NCBI RefSeq assembly: GCF_041956535.1
Contig: NW_027192209.1
Coordinates: 562,952-626,951 of the forward strand
DNA: 64,000 nucleotides
Origin: Calcarisporiella thermophila CBS 279.70
Taxonomy: Eukaryota; Fungi; Calcarisporiellomycota
Reading direction: 5' to 3'
Below are positions 39,639 through 53,907 of this stretch, piece by piece; within the stretch, counting starts at the first letter, position 1, and every line of letters starts with the position of its first letter. A program made the position numbers and the translations under genes. A model generated the notes under the pieces. It worked only from the letters and a program-made list of their open reading frames with translations, was not told the origin of the DNA and did no database searches.

Positions 39639-40605
39639 GGCATAATTTTTTTATAAAGTTTTGTCTTGTTATGTTGAATTTAGGAAATGTGGAGAAATAG
39701 CACCGAAAATCTCAAACTCGATAGGAACTTGTTATTAATTAGAATAAAAATGCTAAGCCTTATATAAGAACAAGAAAACAGATAGATGGAAATAGTAGAA
39801 TAGATAGAATGGTATAACAAGAGAAACATTTCACATATCACGTAATATTGAAGAGATTAGATTTAAAATAAAAGATTAGGTCTTCTGTTAGCTGGACAAT
39901 GGGTTAAATTCACCACGGTCCATAACAGTCTACATTTTGTATTAATATTTTAGCTTTGTGGCAAAATAACAAAATTTCAATTTCGTCCAACTACAGCATG
40001 TTTTCAAAAAAACGTCGCCAGCCAATCATTGCAACTGATATTGAGGGTTTATAGCGTGGGTTCCCGGAACGGAATAGTTGACAACCTCTACAGTATCTTA
40101 AGGATCAATTGAATTTAGAAGAAGCTTTAGTGCCGGGAGACTTGTCGAGTTATCCTGTCGTCAAATAGAGCTTGGCAATTTCTCAGACTATTTGGGAGAG
40201 CAAGAGGCAAGAATACAACTCCGGGTTAAATGTATTGTTTTGAGGCTTATTGTCGTATAGTATCCACACAGTAACATGGTGACCGCTCCTGGCCGAAGCT
40301 TTGTGGCGAGGCCTTAACGCAGAAGCGAAATGGGTATGCCAATCGATTTGTGGCGGATCTGAATTCTCAGTAATTTCTCAGGGATTAGATTTGAGAATTT
40401 TATTCCCTCACTACGAAGAAATATGTGGCTTAATGCTCACTAATGTCTCATTTGAGTCATAACACATTCTCATTTATATTATTAGGCAACTGCTCTCGCC
40501 CATTTAATCTTTTGCTGCATTTCTGACCTAAAGGGCGCCCTTCTTCCCTTAATTTACTGTTCCATTGCGGTCCCTAGATAGAGTTTTATATTTGACTATA
40601 CCGAG

Positions 40606-41772
40606 ATGTCGCATGAAGGGACGCCGCTACTTAATTCGGGGAAGGGGCATATTTCTCCTGTCCATGTCAACAAGCGAGAAACCCTAGGCTATTTGCTTAT
40701 GGCTTGCAGCGCAATCTGCTTCTCAGCAATGACGTTACTAGTGAAGCTCTCTTCTCAAAACTTCAGCTCGATGGAGATAGTGTTCTTCCGGTCCCTGGCG
40801 CAAATGTTGTTGGGCTTTCTGGGATGTAGTTGCTTCAAACTGCATCCTTTTGGAAAGAAAAGATTAAGGAATCTGATATTTTTCCGGGCGTTGGCGGGGA
40901 GTGTTGCGCTAGCTCTCTTCTTTTACACGATATCTACTTTACCCGTTTCTGTTGCTACAGGTAAAATTGCTTATGTCCTTTGAAGGATCCTTTGGAGGAA
41001 GTAGTTGATTCATTGATATTCTTCGCATACAGTTATCTATTTCCTGTGTCCTATCTTTACCTCCATACTTGCCCGCGTTGTTTTGGGCGAGGAATTTTCT
41101 TTTTTCAACATTTGTGCAGCACTTCTTGCTTTCACCGGAGTTGTTCTAATCTCTTATGCACGGTCATCTGCAAAGGATAATGATCTCTCGCCTATGCAAA
41201 TGTTCCCCGTGATATGCGGCCTCCTCGGCGCTATGTTAGCTTCTGTTGCTTCCGTCATTGTTCGAAAGGCTGGAACCGACGTGCACTTTTTGGTTCATGT
41301 GTCCAACTTTGGAATCATTAGCACGATATTTTCCTTTGTTGGGATGCTCTTATCTGGCTTCGTTATGCCTAGGGGCAGCGATTGGTTTTTGCTGGCGTCG
41401 GTCGGACTGCTTGCATTCCTCGGCCAATGCCAATGGAATTACGGATTGCAGTTGGCGCCCGCTGGCCCCGCAACCGTCTTTGGGGTTACTCAGGTGGTGT
41501 ACGCTTTCATGATTGATATATTCTTCTTTAAAGAAATACCCACCTTCCTCAGTCTGTGCGGTGCGGTCTTGATTGTTTTCAGCACTGTCGGGATTGCCGC
41601 GCGACATTGGAAAAAAAAAAGATTGACGCGATGCTGGATGCCGCTAGGATTCAATTGTTTTGATTCCAAAAATATAGAGATCGATTTATGTGTGTATATT
41701 CTATCACGAACCTATTTTACTACTTATATAAACCTAATAAAGTATCCTATTTATTATGATTCATTATGCTAA
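40606..41772 (+). CDS. EamA/DMT-family (SLC35G-like) transporter, one intron; C-terminus uncertain (A-run near 41611)
   Basis: Two EamA halves with ~10 hydrophobic helices: IVFFRS, RALAG, GLQLAPAGPA, EIPTFLSLCGAVLI. Confidence 0.85.
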
Positions 41773-42348
41773 TGGAATTTAATTCATAAGATGTCATATT
41801 GAAATCGTTCATGAATGGGATAGCTCAGGTCGCCAAAGTGTTTTTGACCGAACCTTGTATGTTTTTCGAACGAAGCTTCGTTTTACACGATAATGATAGC
41901 AAAGTTTAGAGCTTTCACTTTGATTTTGTCTCTATTTAATATTATTTGCAATCACTTCTATCTGAACACGATATCGAAAGAAGCTCTCCTCTTGAGTAAA
42001 TTTGGATTGCAAATCAAGAGCAAAATGAAATTTAATCCTTGAAGTCTTTCAATTGGGTAACCTTTTTTCCACAACTTCTTAGATTTCAATTTATTATCCC
42101 AATATCCCAATATCCCAATAACGCCAGATTGTTAACTTTATCTTAGCATTATTGTTCCATGACTTGTATCTTAGGGTGGTGACTTGGAGAAAAGTAGTCA
42201 TCGTTGTGGCATGAAAGTTAATAGTATCTTGCAAATACGATATATCGATGAGATGATATTTCACCACAAAAACAAACCTGGCAACCTAACCTAATTTTTC
42301 CCTATATATACATATTTTGACATTATCACTCACCATTGATCCAGCGTT

Positions 42349-45300
42349 ATGCAAGTCATATTAGAGGAACTTGGAAGTTCATTTGTATATAACGTATTAC
42401 TAGAGACACTGCAAGCCGGAAATGTTGTTAACAGTAAAATACAACTTGGCAAACGGCAGGTTGATGATCCTGGTGAACCCCCGAGAAAACGAACCATGAT
42501 CGAAGGCCGAAAACAGGACCCGGGAATTCCTTCGCAGCTGGAACGATCTGAGCTTCTTTGTGAAATCATTCGTGTCAATTTTTGTAATATCGAGCAAGCT
42601 GAGAATAGCGTGTGGTCAGATCTCTGCGCCTATTTGATACAGCTAGATCTCGAGACTATATGTCTACCAGTACAGTCGAGTTATGATTCCGATGAGCAGC
42701 AAGCAGTTGTAACGGTCAAAAATCTAGAAGGAGAAACACTGGCGGAAAGGATAGCTCAAATAGCAGTAGATTCCACCTGGATCAGCTTACAAAACAAATA
42801 TTTAGGAAAGCGAGTTAAAGGGCGAAGTGGACATTTGTGTGAAGCAATTGGAAAATTACAAGAGAATGGGATTTGTCGATTAAACAATTGGCTAATCTTC
42901 AACGTTAATAAAATCAGTAGCGAGATCAGCATGCATTTGGAGTCAGAAGTGTATATCGATGGAGGTGTAGTAAGCTCAAGTGTCATGTCAGATATTGCTA
43001 CATTTCGAATGCAGGATCTCTTCTATTTCCTTTTTCCATATGATATTCACCCTACTACCTATGCTAACGAGATCGAAGGTGCTGCGATAAGGAGTTTGTA
43101 TGATGCACTTCAACCCAAACGTTTCCACGATGTATCGTCGACATTTGAACTACCACACTTCAATACAACATTGATGCCATTTCAACACGATAGTGTACTA
43201 TGGATGCTTCGACGTGAGGGCGCCAGTATCAGCAAGAATAGCAAATTTTGCAAAGGGAATAACGGAAATTGGCTCTCAGAGGAGAGGCTTCCCCCTTGTT
43301 GGGAGAGGATAGGCTCGTCTCCAGAGCCCTTACTGGTAAATCGATTAACTGGCGCAGTGTGCAGAGATATTCCAAGTGCTTACGAAATGTATCAGCCCGT
43401 CAGAGGAGGTACGATTCAATTCCTTTAACTTAAAATGAGTTGTTAAAAACTTATCAATAATTTACACAGGTATTTTGGCAGAGGAAGTGGGACTGGGCAA
43501 AACAGTTGAAATTCTGGCACTCACTCTCCTTCATCCTCCTGACAAGCGGACTAAAGACGCACATCCTATTGGCGGTACCCTTATCATCTGTCCTCCTAAT
43601 CTGGTTTGGCAATGGATTTCAGAAATTGGCAAGCATGCTCCAACTCTGCGCACTTTTGTATATTCTCGTGAAAACTCGAAGGACATAACTCCACAAAGTT
43701 TGTGCGAATATGATATCGTCTTAACTACATACGCAACCCTCCAAAAAGAGTTTCATTACCGCGAGAAAAAAGAGCGTCCTCGTCGGCATGCGGAAAAATA
43801 TGAATGGAAGTTGAGTCCACTGCTATCGGTGAAATGGTGGAGGACCTGTCTAGACGAAGTATGTAGAGTTATATGTTTTCTGATAAGTTAATTAGAGCCA
43901 GGTTTCTAAACAAAAAATGTTATAGGCACAAATGGTTGACCGAACTACAGCACAAACTGCACAGCTCGCCCATATGATTCCACGATTCCACGCGTGGTGT
44001 GTTACTGGAACTCCTTGCAAGCAATCACTCGATGATTTGCACGGATTGTTTTATTTTTTGGACATATACCCACTCAATAACGTACAGGCTTGGAATAGTT
44101 TGGCTTTGCCTGTAAACCGCCACATTCTTGTACAATGTCTCCGGCCAATTTTTAACCGGAACACAAAGGCTATGGTACGGGATCAACTCTTCATACCACC
44201 CCAACACCATGACACTCTATGGCTTAAGTTAACTAAAATTGAGAGGCGCTATTACGACGATCTTTGCGAGTTGTTCAACCGTGAGGTGGATATCGATGGC
44301 CTGGACAATTGTGATTGGAGAGTATCCGGAAATGGGGTTGATCAGACTGAAAGTGAGTGGTTAAACTCGTCAAAAGCCAAATTGCGCAGCTGGCTACGGC
44401 GCTTAAGACAGGCCTGCTGTCATCCGCAAATTGGAGTCGAAAGCCGGAATATCCTCGGTACTGGATACGACTTACAGACGCTTGATAAAGTACTCAAAGC
44501 AATGTATCGTCAGACCATGAGCCAACTCTATGCACTTGAGAGATCGCTTTATTATACCAAGTGGAAGCGCGGCTTTGCTTTCGAAAAGTCCGAGCAATTT
44601 CAAGAAGCGTAAGTCGACCGGCTATTCTTCGCCTTCCCCATTATCCTTCTACGTATCGCTAATTGAGATGGAATAATATATACTGTAGACTTGCCATCTA
44701 TCTGTCGATTCTAGTTCCTATTCATCAGCGAATTACTGAATTAACGGAGCAAAAGGACACGCAGCCCAACACTCCTAACACCCCCAGCGTCAACGCAGAG
44801 CCCGACCAAGGCACACCCTCAGCAGAGAGTGCAGCCATGGAGGTGGATGCCATGCGTCTACACGACTGGTTGCTTTTGGAACATCAAGTGACATTTTTCG
44901 CCGCCAATGTTAACCATCAATTGAAGAATGAAGAGGAGGAAACTAAATATTACGATAAGGCGGAAGAAATTCGTAGAACTATCTTGCGAGCAGCTGAACA
45001 ACGAGCCAACCAATTTATCGGCAAGATCAACCCGGAGTTTGACCATGATATTACTGCATCCTTTGCTGAACATGCCGCCGGTCTTCTGTCGTGGGATATA
45101 ATTGAACGTGCGGATGATCTGTCGGAGTTGTTGAATTCTCAGGCCATAATTCTTCAAGATTGGCGCTCCCACATTATCGATGGGTTGGGATCGAGGCTAG
45201 TCGAGAGAGAGGGTGACGCGACTGGGGAGGAATACCAAAAATCTCTCGAGATACAGGAAGAGCTGGAAATATACCTGGATGTGTACAGCAAAGCATTGGC

Positions 45301-46765
45301 CGATCGAAGGCGACTCATTGAGGGTTATGCTAGTTATATTGTTCGTGAAGAACCCGTTTCAACTCGGGCGAGGCAATTCTTGACGGAGCCCGAGTTGGCT
45401 CTCAATGAGAAAAAGAAGGAGCTCAACAACGAGCGTCTCAAATTTGTGAAATCAATCTCGTTTTCCACTTTGTTAGCACAACTCGCTGTCCAGAAAACAA
45501 AAGCACTACGTCTCGAAGAGGAGGAAATAATTCGTATTGAGGAACAGCGACTCAGACGGGAAATGAAGAACCAAAAGGCAATATTGGCCAAGCTTGAAAA
45601 GTAAAGCATTCTTTTACTATCCCTCCCCCCAAAAATAGTTGCAATAAATTTATGAAGCATTTGCTCAATTAACCCTTTTTTTTTTCATAGGGAGAGTACC
45701 AATTTTGGAAACATTTTTAATGCGCGAGTCGCCTATTATCGGCAATTGCAAGATATTTCTGACACAGTTACAAATCCAGAATTCAAGGACCCGTTAGAAG
45801 CACAACAGAAGCTGCTTTCTGAAGAAATCAAGATCGAAAAGGAAGTACACCAACTCATACCTAGGCGGCGGTATCTCGAATCTCTTATGGAAGAAGAGGC
45901 TAAGGATAAATCACTCACCTGTATCATTTGTCGGTGTGAATACTCTTCTGGATATATGACCGCCTGTGGTCATCGCTATTGCGAAGATTGCACTGAGCGC
46001 TGGCTTTTTGTTCGCAAAAGATGTGCCATGTGTGCCAAAATGGTTGGACGCAAAGACGTGTGGAAAATAGCATGTCGTGAATATACCCCCACTCACCGTG
46101 AACCTCCAGCCAGCGAGCTATCGTCCCAGCAGTTACTTGCAAGCCTCAGTGTTATCGAGATCAATGGTGGATATGGGACCAAAATCGATACCCTGGTGCG
46201 GCATCTTAAATATATTCAACAGCAAGATCCGGGTGCGAAATCACTAGTGTTTTCGCAATGGTCACGGCTCCTGAGTTATATTTGCATCGCGCTTGGAAAC
46301 AACAACATCCAATACGTATTATTGGAGCGTCAACAAAACCGCCATGCTTCTGCGGTGGAAAAATTCATGAGCGACCCTAACACCCACGTGATGTGCTTAC
46401 ATTCCATGAGCCAGTCCAGTGGCCTTACATTGATAGATGCGCGCTACATCATATTTTTTGAGCCCTTGGTGAATATGGGTTTGGAGCAGCAGGCCATCGG
46501 TCGAGTGCATCGAATTGGTCAGACTAAAGAGACTTTTGTTTGGTGGTACGTAGTTGAAGACAGTATTGAGGATCGCGTATACCGCTTGCACCAATGGAAG
46601 AAGAACAAGGCGCTGAACAAAATCGAGGGGACACAGCTAACCGAACCTGAAGAAGAAGAAGTGCCTCAGACTACTGTCGCAAGGGTAGAGAAGAATGGCC
46701 TAGGGGAGCTGGTGTTGGATGAGGATTTGAGATTTTGCTTCTCTCGAAAACTAGAAGTAAAATGA
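42349..46765 (+). CDS. SNF2 helicase-RING E3 ligase (SHPRH/Irc20-like), multi-exon; start uncertain
   Basis: LMPFQ..SVLWML.RE; GG|ILAEEVGLGKT; WWRTCLDE|AQMV; WCVTGTP; LRQACCHPQ; C3HC4 RING CIIC...CGHRYCEDC...CAMC; SLVFSQW; QAIGRVHRIGQ. Confidence 0.92.
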
Positions 46766-47586
46766 GTGTGGTTAAATCATTGGCCATAACCAAAGTAGAG
46801 TGAACTTCGAGCAGGGATTTTCCCCTCTTTATTGCAGTTTATGATTCTTCTAATTATAGCATGGTCCTTTGCATATCGAAAATTTGCCTTTGTATATTTT
46901 GTGGTTTAGAGATCGATCAACGAACTTAAATGTATATTTGATTCTTATTAGCCAATGTAATATGACGATGATGTAACTAACTAGCATAAAGTGTGAGGAA
47001 AAAGAGTCATCTATAGAGATTGCACGCGATACGAAAATCTCCATCTCGATATGTTTGCCTTCAGGGAACAGGAAATGGAGAGAGGTTTTGTATGATGCTC
47101 CTATTAAGCTCTAAACGAATATCAATAAATTGGCCATTTGGAATATTAATTAAACCAGAAATACACATATCAAACTCCCGATTATAAAAGGATTTGTGTT
47201 TTAGAGGAAATACATAATGAAAGTCAAGTTATTTTGGACAAAAAAATTCAACACTGCCACCAGCATTCACTACATCAGCACCCGTTGGGAATTTCACTTT
47301 AAAGTTTGATATATTTCTATTTTGTAACTGAAAATAGAGCACGTATTAGCTTATCTTCATTGATTAAGCTTGTTATTCGATGTTAGTCCTATTAATAACT
47401 TTCGCTATATTTGAGAGGATTCTGGTTACAAGTACTCTTATTGACCAAAAATAAGAGATTATACAATTGCACACTGAGGGGGGATTGTTAATAAAAACTC
47501 ACACTTTTCCAAAACATTTTTACAAATTAATATTGGTTGATGATATTCTTTCGTGTATAAAAATCTATGGTAAGTGCTGATCCATC

Positions 47587-49781
47587 CTAGGCACGCTTTT
47601 CAAATTGTATTAAAAGATCTTTCAGACGTAGTATGCCGAGCATGCCATTAATTTGTAATCCATTTGCATGGGGCGAGTTGGCAGACAGCCTCCAGCTATA
47701 GTTGCGCACTAGTATTTTGAAATACAAGATTAAGCCGATAGTGTATTATATTAAGGATTGAATGGTACTCACATAGCATGGAGAGCACTACACGCTGTTC
47801 CGTTAGCGAAAATTGCATGCCGATCTGTTTATCAACAAGAATGAAAAAAATGCCATTTTTCCTTGAGCTGAATATATGAGTCTATTGCAAACATACACAA
47901 ATACGCGAGCCTCCCCCAAATGGCATCCATGCCTCTCGCGGCGGGTTGTTTTCAGGGTAGAATCTCTCAGGCCAGAATTTTTGGGGATCTTTCCAGTATT
48001 TAGTGGAGTGGTGAAGGGCATATATGTCGGCAAAGAGTTGGGTTCCCTTGGGCATAGTAACTCCATCAATGTCAATTGGTTCTTCCACAACCCTAGGCCC
48101 CGCGCTGGCAGCGGGAGGATGAATACGAAGCGTCTTTGGATGAAAAAGCTTAAGGATCTCAGCTACAATGAAGGAATACAAGAAGAAATACACACCTCCT
48201 TGATAATGCAATCAATATACTTCATATTCCGGCAGTCCTCAATGCTGGGAATTTTCATGGGATTCGAGCCGCCAAGGATGCGATCGACCTCTTGCCGGGC
48301 GAGCTCTTGTATTTCGGGAAAGATAGCAAGGTAATAGATAGCGACAGAAAGCGACCTGATCAAAGGCCATAGTTAATGATTAGCTTCAACCTTGGTGATA
48401 TTTCTATATACCCTTGAGTTGTGTCATGACCAGCAAGGAAGAAGACCATCAGATTGTTCTGTAAGTCAATATTAATAGTTGAGCACATTTATAGCTATCA
48501 CTTGGTACTTGGACGTTGTGATACTAGGGTAGGAGATTACCTTGATATCTTCCGTAGTCCATCCACTCTCACTGTCAGTGGATATTGCCTCTATCATCAG
48601 CGTCAGCATGTCCTTGTGTTGATCTTTTTCTTCTTTGTAGAGGCCGTTTTGGATCTCTTTCCTTCTACTCTCGATAATACCCAGAATTAGCTAATTAGAA
48701 ACGATACACTAATTATTTAACGAGGTCAAATCGATTGAAAAGCAGATCCATTTTACCTTATTAAAGCCTGCAAGTGATTGAATGGCATCCCTGTCGAATA
48801 GAGAAATAATTGGCTCGGCCTTAGGAAATAAAGCGCGAAATGGATTTGATAAACCATCAACGGTACGGTGATAGAATTTGCAGTAATCATTGTCCGGGTT
48901 TTTCAGAGCGTTGAAGTTGAATCTGAAAAGTACTCTCCCCAGGGCATCCAGAGTGAGTCTTCGCATGAGTGCAGGGATGTCGACAGCATCTGCACGAGAG
49001 TTAGCGGAATCGATATACTCAAAAAGTTCGTGCACACATTCTCCGAATATTTGTGTAGGTATTGTATGCCGGAAAGCGGGATTAAGTACCTATAGCGAAC
49101 ATGGACGAAGGTTAGATAATTCTGGTTCGATGTGAAAAAGTAAGAAGGTTGCAAAATGCCTTTCTGTGGCGTTTCCATTCCTAAATTATGTAAAACTATC
49201 AAATAATCTGAATAAATTGATAACAGAAAAAGATGAAGGTGTACCTCTCCGTTGCTCACGGCAATATTCTCCGCGCCAAAGAAATCGGTAACATATTTAC
49301 CCTGGGTCGAGGTCTTGACCTTAGGAATAATATCTAGCGAAGAACTTTGTTGATGTATAATTTGAATATTAAATAGCTTTGGGATGAAAACATACCTGTG
49401 CGGGACATGAATATCTTGATGTATGCTGGATCACTAAGGAATACACTCCATTTTCCAATGATCCATAGCTATAACAAAGAATAGGCCCTTCGTTATTATT
49501 TTTGTTTTTATTTTTGTTGAAATTGAAAAAGACAGTCAACTCACCGAGGCCATGCCTCTTTTTTCAAGAGCAGGTATCATATATTTCTTACTGATCGACT
49601 CAATGGACTCCGAGCGAAACAGCGAGTTTAAGAATGGCAGCGTAGGTACTTTTGGAATACTACGTAAGGGACGGGGCGCGACTAGCAAACCCACAATTGC
49701 ATGAATCCCAGCAATGCCAAGAATCACTGCGACGCTGAGTGCGCCTTTCCACAAAAAATCGAGGGGAATATTGGTGAGCAT
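47587..49781 (-). CDS. Cytochrome P450, many short exons
   Basis: N-terminal TM; AGHDTT I-helix; IIKE|TLRIHP (ExxR); FWPERF; heme motif PFGGGSRIC|IG; stop TAG at 47587. Confidence 0.92.
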
Positions 49782-49961
49782 GTCTCTGGATAAAGTAGTG
49801 AACCTTCTGAGCAATTGACTGCCTTTTAATATATTCCACTCATCCGGGAACGACCCCGACTAGCAAAAAGAATCTCAGCCAATCAGAGAGTAGAGACCAG
49901 CTATAAGTTGCGGCACTGACTCGTAGCGGAAAGTAGTTTTGGGTGCAATGTTTGTCGAATT
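49643..49961. repeat. Direct duplication, copy 1 (P450 5' coding end plus proximal promoter)
   Basis: Identical by eye to 53233-53512 over ~280 bp, then ~40 bp diverged. Confidence 0.92.
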
Positions 49962-52787
49962 AGCCTTCACAGGCTCGGCCAATGCCCTTTAGGCATCGAG
50001 CCCAAGGTTCTCTCTCCGGATATCTGCTCCTTCGGAGCCCAAAAAGAGCTTTATTCATTGTAATGGAAAAATAATAAAATATCAAAATATAAACTTTAAG
50101 TCTAAACTGGTTAAATATTTGTATAACCAAAAATAACTCGAAAAAAAAATAATATAAAGATGGCGTCAGCTATTCTTGTTCTCTAGCTTTGAGAGGCCTT
50201 CGAAACGATCTTTGACAGACTGGACCAACTAGAGCAACGATATGAACGTAGATAAAACAGGAATGCTCAGCAGTACGAGGACAAAATAGAAAACTCACTC
50301 TGACAATGATCCAGAAGAGGAAGCAGAAGCAGAAAAGTTGGTTTCCGCCATTGAAGCACGCGAGGCTGGAGTATACGATTTAAAAGAAAGTGCCAGACAC
50401 CTCTTTCCAGAAGACTCCACCTTCTCACTCTTATCAAGCAGATTAGCAAAGCGCCTCATCCATAAGAAACCACCCCCAAGGGGGAGGCTACCTCCAAAGT
50501 CCAAAGCTGGAGAACTTCTGGTAACATCATATCTCAAAAGTAGTGCTACTACTGGACGTCTACCTTGCAGAAATTCAAAAAGACATCCTGGGACTCGCAA
50601 GACCGTTATTACTCTTTCTCAATAGAATGGACTCGGACCAAGGAAAATCGACCCTAAAGACCTCGCAGTCACCCTTGTAGATACAATCTACCTCATCCTA
50701 CATATGGCCGCAAAGATTAAAGTGGAGCGTCGATCTAGGATCGCAAAAGAGACCAAACTCTTGCATGGCATCGCCCGGGGTGCAAAATTTACGTACGGTC
50801 GAGCTCAGGAGCCGACCTTTTTGGAGAGGGTTTTATTAGCGAGGTTATTGAACAGTAAAGAGCGGCAATACTCTTCGACCAAGCACACAGATCAAGAACC
50901 TCAGAGCAGATCCAACTACAAAGGCAGAAGACAGTGTAACAGTGGAACACAGGGAATAGGTTCACAGGGGCTGAGGAACCCCAGAAACCAGCGTTATGAC
51001 AACAACTCCATTACCAACTACAACAATACACCGAGCAATCCAACAAACACGAGCTCGACTCAAACGATCCCCGGGAATTAGGGGTAAGCATCCCTCCGGT
51101 TGGAAGAACACAGCACTTCGCCTAAAAATGGAAGAAACTCATTGGTAAGAGCTGGAGCACAATGTCTATTCAAGAGGGGGTAAGAATACAATTTGAAAAA
51201 TTACCACCCGAAGAACCAGTAAGTCAATTCCACCTATCCAACAACGACCTACAGGCATTAGATAAAGTAGTGAAAGAATTCATAAAAGACGACGTAATAG
51301 AAGGTGTGTCAAAAAGCAACCGGCTTTCTGTCCAGCCACTTCCTAAACGAGAAAAAAACAAAAATCCTGGCACTCCTGGATCTTCGACGGATCAATCAAT
51401 ACGTGCAATACCAACCTTTCAAAATGGAGGGGCTGCCGACCATACAGGACATGATCCAACCGAGGGATTATCTAATCATTGTCGACCTGAGCAATGCTTA
51501 CCTAACACAACCGATCCACCCTAAGAGCAGGCCATACCCCTCGTTCAAATATCAAGGGGAGACATGCTCATACGAAGCAATGCTGTTCGGTCTAGCTTCA
51601 GCCCCACGAATTTTCTCAAAGCCAATGTAAGACTTGTTAGAGCTATTAAGGAAACAAGGATTTCGCCTAACATATTATCTCGACGACACAACCATGGATA
51701 GCACAAGCTCTGAATCTAACAATCAAACCACCAGTGATCCTCGATCTACAACACCTGAAATCCCCAAAGGCGCTCCCACGACAGTCAGCACAAGTGATCG
51801 CATGGAAATTGTCAGGCATGCACTCAAAGCAAAAGGAGTTCCTGAGAAGGCAAGTGAACTCACCTCCAAGGCAGAAAGGGCAACTACTGGAAAACATTAC
51901 ACTTCAGCGTAGAAAAAATTCTCATCATGGCGCAAAACGAACGATAGAGATCCGTGCAGGTGCGACTTACCTAAGGCCGCAATGTTCTTTGCGGAAATAA
52001 GTGAGAAATACAAGTCTACCGATCAGCGATCTCTAGAACGTGGCAGATGCCCCACTCAGAAACAGCACCCATGACAGATCAATCAATGATCAAGGCAATA
52101 ATCAAAGGAGCAAAAGAAGTGGCGCCCCGATCAGGGAGAAATCAGCCATTTTGGAACGTCCAGAGGGTAGTAGAAAAAATAGCAACGATTTCAACTAATC
52201 GTGAGACTCCATTGGCACGCCTAGGACTAAAAACAGCTATTCTATTAGCACTAACAACTATCTGGAGATCAAGGTCTGACCTCGCGAGAATACCACCGAA
52301 GAGAGTGCAATTCATTATCAAGGATGATGGCACACCAACATCAAAGCAAATTACCACCATAAAACCCAAGGAAGTAATGGAAAAGATCATAAAACTCCAT
52401 GCATTCATAGAAGTTGCAGAGCTATGTCCCGCGCCAGAGAGATTTCACTCAGATACGATAGCTACCCGACTTTCTTCATCACAGCTCGCAAACCTCCAGC
52501 TCCTGCAACTGGGGATACTGTAACATGATGCATCACAGATATGCTTTCCGAATGTGGTATCCTAACAACAGCCCACTCAACCACAAGCACCTCATCATCC
52601 TATGCCTTTATGCCTTAGCGCAGGGCACGCCGCTAGAATCTATACTGAAAGCAGCTAACTGGACCTCAGCAACAACATTCGGACGCTTCTATTACAGAGC
52701 TGAGGGATAACCTACCGACGAAACATCATCCAGGGAGAGAATCTTGGGCTTGATGCCTAAAGGGCATTGGCCAAGCCTGTGAAGGCT
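49962..52787 (+). mobile_element. Degenerate DIRS-type (tyrosine recombinase) retrotransposon
   Basis: Inverted terminal ~55-bp repeats at 49962-50017 and 52732-52787. RT fragments LDLRRINQYV..FKMEG..VDLSNAY..FGLASAPRIFSK..YYLDD. YR fragments KTAILLALTTIWRSRSDLARI and ALAQGTPLESILKAANWTSATTFGRFY. Frameshifts and stops throughout. Confidence 0.9.
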
Positions 52788-52830
52788 CCTAAGGCAAATT
52801 CCCCTTGGGCGAGAACCCAAAGGGAATTCG

Positions 52831-53230
52831 CCTTAATGGCTCTAACACGTCTTTCATTATTTTTGAGAAAATTCGTGGGGCTGAAGCTAGACCGAACGGC
52901 ATCGCTTTGTATGAGTATGTCTCCCCTCGATATTTGAACGAGGGGTATGGCCTGCTATTAGGGTGGATCGGTTGTGTTAGATAAGCTGGATGCCCACCCA
53001 CCACGACACCAGATATTGCACGGATTCGCAGGATTTCTCAAAGCTAGAGAACAAGAATAGCTGACGCCAAACTTATATAATTTATTTTTTTTTCGAATTA
53101 TTTTTAGTTATACAAAAATCTAACCAATATAGACTTAAGTTTATATTTTTAATATTTTATAATTATTCCATGACTATGAATAAAGCACGTTTTGGGCTCC
53201 GAAGGAGCAGACACCATCCAGAGAGAGAAG
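52831..53230 (-). mobile_element. Second, heavily deleted DIRS copy in inverted orientation (5' end joined to an RT piece)
   Basis: 53035-53230 is the diverged reverse complement of ~50010-50200. 52831-52985 encodes AYLTQPIHP..MPFGLASAPRIFSKIMK on the minus strand. Confidence 0.85.
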
Positions 53231-53232
53231 GT

Positions 53233-53551
53233 TAGGTACTTTTGGAATACTACGTAAGGGACGGGGCGCGACTAGCAAACCCACAATTGCATGAATCCCA
53301 GCAATGCCAAGAATCACTGCGACGCTGAGTGCGCCTTTCCACAAAAAATCGAGGGGAATATTGGTGAGCATGTCTCTGGATAAAGTAGTGAACCTTCTGA
53401 GCAATTGACTGCCTTTTAATATATTCCACTCATCCGGGAACGACCCCGACTAGCAAAAAGAATCTCAGCCAATCAGAGAGTAGAGACCAGCTATAAGTTG
53501 CGGCACTGACTCATAGTGCCAAGTAGATTTAGGTACAATGTAAGTCGAATT
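53233..53551 (-). pseudogene. Truncated duplicate of the P450 5' end (first ~46 codons) with promoter
   Basis: MLTNIPLDFLWKGAL...SIPKVP is identical to the P450 at 49781 and then runs into DIRS sequence. Confidence 0.88.
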
Positions 53552-53907
53552 TCTTGGGTGGCTTTTACGTTAGATTTGAAAGAATTGGAATTACGTCATA
53601 GTGGGATTTCGAAGACATATTTTCCACGCAATTTCTACCGTAGTTAATAAAATTCAGTACACATTGGATTATACATATTTATGCTTAGAAGCGCTCCAAA
53701 ACGAAAAAATTCAAAAGCTGAGTATGAGCACTTGATATCTAGCGACAATTATTTTGTCTGTAATATGCTCAATGCAGTCCTATATTTATTGACACCATAT
53801 GTCTTGTGAACTGAAGCAGAAATAAGTGTTTACATACATATACAATATGTGTATACATTTTAATTTTTAAAATATTAATTGTGATTATCTCATAGTTATA
53901 TCTCAAG

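Noticed and set aside
50200-52720. RIP-like CpA-to-TpA mutation suggested by TAG/TAA stops in the TE and AKR
   Set aside because: Stops from Trp/Gln codons are CpA-context by construction, and some lesions are transversions or indels; a family alignment would be needed
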